In this document: positions 8,128-15,255 of the stretch, piece by piece
Layout: the number at the start of each line of letters is the position of its first letter
How positions within the stretch are numbered: the stretch's first letter is position 1
Assembly: GCA_963806205.1 (NCBI GenBank)
Contig: CAWDXF010000003.1
Coordinates: 71,760 to 135,759 of the forward strand
Direction of reading: 5' to 3'
DNA: 64,000 nucleotides
Origin: an uncultured Microthrixaceae bacterium
GTDB lineage: Bacteria; Actinomycetota; Acidimicrobiia; Acidimicrobiales; VFJN01
Position numbers and translations under genes: made by a program
The notes under the pieces: model-generated
Database searches by the model: none
What the model saw: the letters and a program-made list of their open reading frames with translations, nothing else
Told to the model about the DNA's origin: nothing

Positions 8128-8871
8128 GTGACCGGAGCCCGCCGCCTGCGCATCCTGGGCCTGCTGACGCAGGATCGCGGCCCCGAACCGGGGACCCGCA
8201 GGCTCTGCGAGGTGTGCGCCGAGGTGACCGACCTGACCGGCGCCGGGATCATGCTCATGTCGGGCGACGTCCCACGAGGGTCGGTGTGCACGACGGACGA
8301 GGTGAGCGCGCTGGTGGAGCACCTGCAGGACGAGCTCGGCGAAGGCCCCTGCGTGGATGCCTTCACCACCGACCGTCCCGTCATGGAGCCCGACCTGGCG
8401 GACCCCGAGGTCCTGCGCTGGCCCGCGTTCACCGGCCGGGCCGTCGAGGCAGGCGCTCGAGCCGTGTTCGGCTTCCCGCTGCAGGTCGGCGCCGTGCGCC
8501 TCGGAGCCCTCAACCTCTACCGGAACCGCCCGGGGGGCCTGCGGGACGACCAGCACGCCGACGCGCTCACCATGGCCAACGTCGCGGCCGAGGCCGTACT
8601 GGTCATGCAGTCCAACGCTCCGCCAGGCCAGCTGCCGACCGAGCTCGAGGCCGGCGCGGACTTCCAGTACGTCGTGCACCAGGCCGCCGGGATGGTCGCC
8701 GCCCAGCTCGACACCAACATCGCCCAGGCGCTCCTGCGCCTGCGAGCCCACGCCTTCGGCAGCGATCGTGGGCTGGTCGAGCTGGCGAGAACCGTGGTGG
8801 ACAGGACGCTGCGGTTCGACGCGATGCAAGATGGGAACGATCCCGAGCGGGAGGGTGATCCAGATGGCTGA
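8128..8871 (+). CDS. GAF-ANTAR RNA-binding antiterminator-type regulator
   Basis: GAF-like core (GAGIMLMSGD...LGEGPCVDAF...ALNLYR) followed by ANTAR-like helices (VVHQAAGMVAAQLDTNIAQALLRLRAHAF). The start is GTG. Confidence 0.85.
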   Translation: MTGARRLRILGLLTQDRGPEPGTRRLCEVCAEVTDLTGAGIMLMSGDVPRGSVCTTDEVSALVEHLQDELGEGPCVDAFTTDRPVMEPDLADPEVLRWPAFTGRAVEAGARAVFGFPLQVGAVRLGALNLYRNRPGGLRDDQHADALTMANVAAEAVLVMQSNAPPGQLPTELEAGADFQYVVHQAAGMVAAQLDTNIAQALLRLRAHAFGSDRGLVELARTVVDRTLRFDAMQDGNDPEREGDPDG

Positions 8872-9625
8872 CACGGGAGCTGGCGGTATGGCGCCGTCGC
8901 GGGAGGCGGCGTTGGCTCGCACGTTCGTGGACCTGGCGGACAGCCTGGTCGCGGACTTCGACGTCATCGAGGTCTTGACGCGCCTGGCCGACCGGTGTGT
9001 GGAGGTGCTCGACGTCGGCGCGGCCGGCCTGATGCTCGTCGGTCCGGACGGCGACCTCCGGGTCATGGCCTCCTCGAGCGAGGCCATGCGCGTCCTCGAG
9101 CTCTTCGAGCTCCAGGCGCAGGAGGGACCCTGCCTGGACTGCCACCGCACCGGGCGACCCGTCTCCGACCCGGATCTGACCGCCGCCGACAGCCGCTGGC
9201 CCCGCTTCGCGGCCGAGGCCCTCGCGGCCGGCTTCCTGTCCGTGCAGGCGCTGCCGATGCGCCTCCGCGGTTCGGTCGTCGGCGCCCTCAACCTCTTCCA
9301 CCTCGAGCCCGGCGAGATGCGCCCCGCGGACATCGAGGTGGCCCAGGCGCTCGCCGACGTCGCCACCATCGCGATCCTCCAGCACCGGGCGGCGCAGGAG
9401 GCGCAGGTCCTGAACGAGCAGCTCAACCAGGCGCTCAACACCCGCATCGTGATCGAGCAGGCCAAGGGCATGACCGCCGAGCGCCTCGGCCTCGACATGG
9501 AGGCCGCGTTCAGGCGGCTGCGCAACCATGCCCGGAACCACAACCTCCGCCTCGCCGACGTGGCCCGGGACGTCATCGCCGACGATGTCGCCCCTGCGGA
9601 CCTCGATCCCGTCGCCCCCGGCTAG
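8864..9625 (+). CDS. GAF-ANTAR regulator (second, tandem paralogue)
   Basis: Taken from in-frame ATG 8864 within ORF 8357..9625. It has GAAGLMLVGPDG...QEGPCLDC...ALNLFH, then the ANTAR consensus RIVIEQAKGMTAERLGLDMEAAFRRLRNHARNHNLRL. It overlaps the upstream stop by 8 nt. Confidence 0.85.
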   Translation: MADTGAGGMAPSREAALARTFVDLADSLVADFDVIEVLTRLADRCVEVLDVGAAGLMLVGPDGDLRVMASSSEAMRVLELFELQAQEGPCLDCHRTGRPVSDPDLTAADSRWPRFAAEALAAGFLSVQALPMRLRGSVVGALNLFHLEPGEMRPADIEVAQALADVATIAILQHRAAQEAQVLNEQLNQALNTRIVIEQAKGMTAERLGLDMEAAFRRLRNHARNHNLRLADVARDVIADDVAPADLDPVAPG

Positions 9626-9729
9626 GCGGCGTGACGCCTGGCACGGCGAGCGGGGGTTAGCCTCGGACTAGCCTCCGTGTGGGACGGGTCCCTCGTTCGA
9701 GGGCGCGTGACATCGCAGGGCGGAAAACG

Positions 9730-10722
9730 ATGGCGTATCCCGTGGTCGTAGTGAAGCAGTCGGGCCGACGTCCGCTGTACGTCGAGATCCGTGAGCAGGT
9801 GGAGATCGGCCGCGACTGCGACGGCATCCTCCTCACCGATCCGCAGTGCTCGCGACGCCACGCGATGCTGAGCCCGCGCGGCGAGTCCGTGGTCGTGGAG
9901 GACCTCGGGAGCACGAACGGCACGCTGTTCGACGGGAACCGGATCACCTCGGCCGTCGTGCTCATGGCCGGGTCCGTCGTCAACATCGGCGAGACCGTGC
10001 TCCAGCTCGCCACCGACCACGCGGCTCGCACGTCCGGCGGTGGGCTCCCAGGCGCCAACCTCACCGTCACGGGGGGCACCGACAGCCCGCTCGCCGCGGT
10101 CCGGGCCGTGCCCTCAGGGCCCCAGGACCTGCGCGAGACCTCGATGGAGTCGGTGGCCCGCGCGGTGAACAAGGCCCTTCCGTCGCTGCACGCGGTGCAA
10201 CAGGACCGCGGCACGATCACGATCGTGTTCAGCGACATCGAGTCGTCGACCGAGCGGGCCACCGCGATGGGCGACGCCGCCTGGATGAAGGTGCTCGCCG
10301 CGCACAACGACATCATCCAGCGGCACGTGGCCACCTGGGAGGGCAGCGTCGTCAAGAACCAGGGGGACGGCTTCATGCTCACCTTCGGCGGTGCCCGGCG
10401 GGCGCTGCGGGCGATGATCGAGGTGCAGCAGGAGCTGTCCGAGTCCGAGCTGGTCGGCGGGGTCCGCATCCGCGTCGGGGTGCACACCGGTGAGGTCATC
10501 TCGGAGGAGGGCGACATCTTCGGCAAGCACGTCATGCAGGCCGCCCGGGTCGGCGGGCAGGCCGAGGGCGGCGAGATCCTCGTGTCCTCGCTCGTGCGGG
10601 AGATCGCGTCGGCCCGCGGCGACCTCACGTTCGGCGAGCCCCGCACCGTGCAGCTGAAGGGCATCGAGGGCGACCACGTGGTCTACCCGGTGATCTGGGA
10701 GGACTTCACCGCCGAGGACTAG
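9730..10722 (+). CDS. FHA domain-class III adenylate/guanylate cyclase fusion protein
   Basis: N-terminal FHA (EIGRDCDGILLTDPQCSRRHAML...VEDLGSTNGTLFDG). C-terminal cyclase (TIVFSDIESSTERA...GDGFMLTFG...RIRVGVHTGEV). The start is ATG 9730 or GTG 9679. Confidence 0.85.
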   Translation: MAYPVVVVKQSGRRPLYVEIREQVEIGRDCDGILLTDPQCSRRHAMLSPRGESVVVEDLGSTNGTLFDGNRITSAVVLMAGSVVNIGETVLQLATDHAARTSGGGLPGANLTVTGGTDSPLAAVRAVPSGPQDLRETSMESVARAVNKALPSLHAVQQDRGTITIVFSDIESSTERATAMGDAAWMKVLAAHNDIIQRHVATWEGSVVKNQGDGFMLTFGGARRALRAMIEVQQELSESELVGGVRIRVGVHTGEVISEEGDIFGKHVMQAARVGGQAEGGEILVSSLVREIASARGDLTFGEPRTVQLKGIEGDHVVYPVIWEDFTAED

Positions 10723-11606
10723 TCGGTGAGGTTGCCCGACGGCGCCTGCGATCCCGACCGCTGGAGCTTCCGGAAGCTGGCGGAGTTCGCCGCGGTGTTG
10801 TACCCGGAGGAGCGCGCGACCGCGACCTGGGCGGCCACGTGGAGGGCCTCCTCGGCCTGCACGTCGCGGATGCTGCGCTGCAGCGGACCTGGTGCGATGT
10901 AGCCGAGCACGAACGCGATCATGGTCGGCAGGAACACGAGCGGCACCCACTGCTCGACGTCGGCGAACCCGATGCGCAGGATCGACACGCCGAGCGAGAG
11001 GGTCACGCCGATGGCGCCACCCGCCATGGCGAACTGGAGGCCGCGGATGAACCGGTTCGACGGCAGCCGCCGGCGGATCGTGTTGATGACGAGGACGATC
11101 ACGCTGAACGCGGCGAGCCCGAGGATGATGAAGGCGAACATGCCCAGGGTGGACGTGGTGTTGCCGAGCACGTCGACGACGAAGCCCTGCTCGGCGAGCA
11201 GGTGCCCGTCGCCGTCGTAGACCCGCAGTGACGTCCCGAGGTACCCCGTGGCCTGGCTCTCGAGGTCGAAGAAGTCGAGCTTGGTGTCGATCTCGGTCCG
11301 CTCCCCCGGATCGAGGCGGGCCTTCACCCCGAGGTCGTAGGTCAGGAACGTGAGCCCCAGGGCCTTGCCCTCGAGGCGCACGTACTGGATGTCCTCGGTC
11401 GTGGTCCCCTCGTTCCGGATCGTGAGGTGGACCGGGATGAGGATGTTGGGGTCGAGCGGCACCGGGTTCGAGCTGTCGGCGTCGGTGATGTCCTGCCCCC
11501 CGATGGTGCCCTCGACGGTGAGCCCGTCGTCGACGGCGGCGCCGGCGGAGGGGGCCAGGGTCACGGCGGCCAGGAGCGCCGCGAACACGAGCCCGACGAG
11601 CTTCAT
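10719..11606 (-). CDS. Secreted Ig-like domain protein with multi-TM C-terminal half (last gene of the SipW operon)
   Basis: Start ATG 11606 (MKLVGLVFAALLAAVTLAPSAGA signal) overlaps the upstream stop (TGATG). A beta-rich domain of about 150 aa is followed by about 4 TM helices. Confidence 0.7.
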   Translation of the reverse strand: MKLVGLVFAALLAAVTLAPSAGAAVDDGLTVEGTIGGQDITDADSSNPVPLDPNILIPVHLTIRNEGTTTEDIQYVRLEGKALGLTFLTYDLGVKARLDPGERTEIDTKLDFFDLESQATGYLGTSLRVYDGDGHLLAEQGFVVDVLGNTTSTLGMFAFIILGLAAFSVIVLVINTIRRRLPSNRFIRGLQFAMAGGAIGVTLSLGVSILRIGFADVEQWVPLVFLPTMIAFVLGYIAPGPLQRSIRDVQAEEALHVAAQVAVARSSGYNTAANSASFRKLQRSGSQAPSGNLTD

Positions 11607-12121
11607 CACTTCGTCCACCTCTGGCTCGCGGCCGATGGGAGCGGCGTCCGGAAGAGGACCACGGCGATGATGATCACGAGCACCATCGAGGTCGCCACCT
11701 GGCCCGTGCCACCCCCACCGCCGGCCACCGGATCCACGAGGTCCGGCTCGACCAGGAGCGGATCGAGCGTCATCGCCTGGGAGACACGAGTGGCGGTCAC
11801 GTCGCGGAGCCACATGCGCTCCGGCAGATAGAACCGCATCACCGGCGCGTTGTACGGCTGGGTGGCTTCCCACAGGACACGGTCCGAGGCACCGAGCACC
11901 TGCACGGTGAAGTCCTTGTCCGCCTCGAAGTCGCCGCTGACAATGACGGCCAGGACCGGCCAGTCGTGCTCGCTCTCGTCGTAGTCGCCGATGTCGAACG
12001 ACACCTTGACCGCTCGAGACTCGTCGCCCTGGGAACCGGCGTCCTGCGCGCTCGCGGGCTCGCCCCAGCCCGCGAGCAGGAGCAGCGCCAACCCCAGGAC
12101 GGTCACGAGGCGCGACCTCAT
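11606..12121 (-). CDS. Secreted protein with C-terminal TM anchor
   Basis: Start ATG 12121 (MRSRLVTVLGLALLLLAGWGEPASA) overlaps the upstream stop as ATGA. C-terminal GGGGG linker plus TM segment TSMVLVIIIAVVLF. Confidence 0.65.
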   Translation of the reverse strand: MRSRLVTVLGLALLLLAGWGEPASAQDAGSQGDESRAVKVSFDIGDYDESEHDWPVLAVIVSGDFEADKDFTVQVLGASDRVLWEATQPYNAPVMRFYLPERMWLRDVTATRVSQAMTLDPLLVEPDLVDPVAGGGGGTGQVATSMVLVIIIAVVLFRTPLPSAASQRWTK

Positions 12122-12807
12122 GGCGCGACGAGCTCCACGCGCGACGGGCGGAGGTTCCCCCAGCCGAAGGTGACCTGACCCAGCGTCCAGTTCTCGATCA
12201 GCTTGACCCGGAGCTGCTGGCCCGCCGGCACGATGAGGTTCTGCACGCCCATGTCGATGATGCGCTCGTCCCAGAAGAAGTTGAGCGTGCCCTGGACCTG
12301 GGTGCCGGAGGCCAGCAGCACACAGGGCGGCTTCGAGTGCGCTGGCGCGCTCGGTGCGCAGCTGAACAGCCCCGCGGTGATGGAGGTCAGCACCGGTCCG
12401 TTGAACCACATGCGAAGCCGGACCCGGCCGGCGATGTCCCACCCGCAGGACGGCGGGGACGGCGACACGGTCGTGCCGCGCCACAGGAGGAACTCCGACG
12501 GCGTGGTCTCGTTCACGAGGCCCTGGTTGGAGTCGTCCAGCTGCGCGGTGAAGTCCTGTCCCGATGGCGACTGGGTCGTCTGCAGCACCATGTTGTCGAA
12601 GCTGTTGTTGTTGTTGGCGGGGGTGATCAGGGCGCCGTGCAGGTAGAGCGGGAACGGCACCGGCGTCGGCTCGCACGGCGGCACGATCGACGACACGGGC
12701 GCCGAGTAGACGCCAAGGTCCTCGGTGTTCGCGGTGAACGTGCTCGCGAACACAGACGCGAGCCCGATGAGAGGGAACACCATCAGGACGAGGAGGGGGC
12801 GCCGCAT
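12118..12807 (-). CDS. TasA/camelysin-style secreted protein with SipW-type N-terminal signal
   Basis: 229-aa ORF beginning MRRPLLVLMVFPLIGLASVFASTFTANTEDLGVYSA. This shares F-A-x-T-F-x-x-N-T-E-D with the first gene of the operon and resembles the TFAxFxDxE SipW-cognate signal class. Confidence 0.7.
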   Translation of the reverse strand: MRRPLLVLMVFPLIGLASVFASTFTANTEDLGVYSAPVSSIVPPCEPTPVPFPLYLHGALITPANNNNSFDNMVLQTTQSPSGQDFTAQLDDSNQGLVNETTPSEFLLWRGTTVSPSPPSCGWDIAGRVRLRMWFNGPVLTSITAGLFSCAPSAPAHSKPPCVLLASGTQVQGTLNFFWDERIIDMGVQNLIVPAGQQLRVKLIENWTLGQVTFGWGNLRPSRVELVAP

Positions 12808-12813
12808 CAGGAG

Positions 12814-14533
12814 CTAGCCAGACGGGCGCTCGGGGCCGACTTCGGGCTGGGGAGGAGCCGCCGCCGGAGCGTCGGCCGGCGTTGCAGGTTCCGGAGCAGC
12901 GTCGACGGCGTTCCCCGCGTGCTCCGGAGCGGTCTCGTACTCGTAGGTCACCGCGCCGAGGAAGACCCGGTACCGGTGGCAGCCGTCGCCGAGGTCTTCG
13001 TGGAGGATGACCGACTGCTCGACCTTGGCCAAGCGGGCCAGCTCATCGATCCCACCCACCATGACCACCGGGCCGGGCGGGCCGGTGGCGCTGGACACGT
13101 CGACCAGCTGCGAGCGGTAGCGCGCCGCGATGCGGGCTGACTCGCCGAGGCCGACGCCACCGAAGAGCACCGACGCGAAGTAGGCACCGGCGGCAAGGAG
13201 CACGAGCACGATCCCGCCCATGCAGACCGCGGGCGGAGTCGATGCTCACGGACATCACGCCGAAGTCGTAGCTAGCGGCCTTCCGCACCTCGCGGACGAT
13301 GTCCCTGCTCCCGTCCGCATCGTTGGCCGGCTGGGCTTGGATGACACTCGCGTTGATGATGAAGGTGAAGTCCGGCGCCACGTCGTCCTGCACGGGGAGC
13401 GCCCCTGCGGTGCCCTGCACGGCGAGCTGCGGGCTGATCGTCACGGTGTAGTTGTCGCCGGCGACGCCGGTGAGCTCCGTGAACTCCGCGACCCGGGCCG
13501 CGACGTCCCGGAGGTTGATCGTGACGACCTGCGTCGCCGTCCCCTCGAAAGAGGTCGCGTCGAGGTGGTAGAGCGGCGCGGACCACCCCTCGGCCATCTC
13601 GACCGTGGCGTCCACGCGGTACTCGCTCGCGAGCCCGTCGACACCGTCGCCTGCGGCATGGAAGGTCATCGCAAGGTCCACGTTGTCGAGCAACCGGGTG
13701 TAGAGCGGCTCGGCCGGGACCTGGATGCCGGCTCCGTCGTCCCGCGTGCCGACGACGCCTGTGGGGTACACGCGCGAGGGCGCGCCTGTGAACCGGTAGT
13801 CGACGTCGATGCCGAAGTCGAGTGCGCCGATCCGTTGCGCCTCGGTGGTGGTGTCGGCGGCCCGGATCGTCGACCACGTGGTGAGGAGGACCGGCAGCGC
13901 GAGGGCGATCGTGATCGCGAGGCCCACCGCGGCCCACCTCGGCTCCGTGTGGCGAAGCCAGCGGGGAGGCGACGACGTCGGTCGAGGCCGAGGAGCGACC
14001 GGGTCGCTGGATCCGGGGGCGACGGGCGGCAGGCTCATCGGCCGCCGCCGCCGACGTCGTCGGGTGCTCCCGCCCACGACCACTGCGGCGCCCCCGAGCG
14101 CGGCCAACACCTCGGGCTGCCCGGCACGGGCCGCCCACCCGCCGAGCTTCGGGACATGGAACACCGCGCGGCCGATGACGTCCTCACTCGTCGGCGCCCA
14201 CGGGTCGGCGCCATCCCGGTTGTCCCCCTTCGTGACGAAGACACCGTCCGGGGTGATCTCGACGATGCGATGGATGATCCGGGTCGGGTCGTCGAACTCG
14301 CCGCCGGCCCGGAAGGCGATGATGTCACCCTTCGCATAGTGCTCCTCCTCCCGGATGACCACCAGGTCGCCGTCGTGGTAGGTGGGCTGCATGCTCGGCC
14401 CCTGCACCACCACGTAGGACTCCCGCCCGCCGAGGGCGGTCGGGCGCAACCAGGCGAACCAGCTCAGGACCAAGACCGCGCTGACCGTCAGGGTCGACAG
14501 GCGCCGGAGCCGCGAGCCTCGCTTCCCGATCAT
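12814..14533 (-). pseudogene. Archaeal-type signal peptidase I (SipW-like, S26B) fused to a long TM-flanked extracytoplasmic module; apparent frame break near 13225
   Basis: ORF 13043..14533 has a TM, then GPSMQPTYHDGDLVV (catalytic Ser box), IIHRIV (His box) and KGDNRDG. A second TM and a domain of about 230 aa follow. After ...VMSVSIDSA the frame turns into Arg-rich nonsense. ORF 12814..13221 starts exactly there with TM GGIVLVLLAAGAYFASVLFGG plus a 110-aa tail. Confidence 0.75.
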
Positions 14534-14590
14534 GGTCGTGTGGGTGGCGGCGCCGAGGAGGCGCCGCCACCCACAACTCCGAACGAGCGG

Positions 14591-15052
14591 CTACGCGACG
14601 TCGAGGCCGTCGATCAGGACCGCGGTGTGCGTCGGATCCTTCGACCCCAGACCGGCCATGCGCCGTCGCAGCTGGGCAGCTCACCCCGTTGGCACCGGCG
14701 GTGCCCGGCACGAACGCGAAGTTGGCCGGGGTGGCGGCGCGAGAGTGGTCGTGCACGTGCGGCGTCGCCACCGGCTTCTATGCTCGATCTCCAGGGTCAG
14801 CGTGAGGCCCGCACACGGTGCCGTGGCGGCCGCCCTTGGTGAAGGCGACGTTGATCGTGGGTGATCGGCCAGTCGTTCGCTCGGCGGGTCGTAGGTCGCG
14901 TTGGTCCACGTGATGCCGACCGTGTCGACACACTTGGCGACCGGGTCCTGACCCGACGAGACGTCCTCGGTGTTGAGTGCGAACGTCGCCGCGAACGCAC
15001 CGATGACGAACAGGACCAAGGCCACCGCACTAGCGATGATCACCTTCCGCAT
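14591..15052 (-). pseudogene. TasA/camelysin-style secreted protein, first gene of the operon, interrupted by about 3 frame changes
   Basis: ATG 15052 has GGAGG 6 nt upstream. The N-terminus is MRKVIIASAVALVLFVIGAFAATFALNTEDVSSG. Sensible peptide continues in other frames: TINVAFTKGGRHGTVC; LTLTLEIE; HVHDHSRAATPANFAFVPGTAGANGV; LGSKDPTHTAVLIDGLDVA-stop at 14591. Confidence 0.6.
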
Positions 15053-15255
15053 TGCCTGCCTCCTATGCGTGCGGTGCTCCCCCTAGGAGGCACCTTGTTG
15101 TGGAGACAAGGCCGGATTTCGTCCCACCCCGCGGGCAACGTGCCCTGACACATCCCGAGATTCGATCCGCCCTTGCCCGCACGGCACGCCGGATGGCGAG
15201 CCGCTCGTTAGCCCGAAGTTAGCACGCGATCACGCGTGGAGCCGTGTGGCGGCAG

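Noticed and set aside
8032-9576. 514-aa minus-strand ORF, plus other long antisense ORFs (e.g. 21594..23528 plus strand, 55074..57290 plus strand, 42535..44598 minus strand)
   Set aside because: They are antisense or out of frame relative to genes with clear family signatures (GAF-ANTAR, PBP, molybdoenzyme, ICL-family and ACAD-fold genes). Their compositions are Arg/Ala/Gly-dominated and lack motifs.
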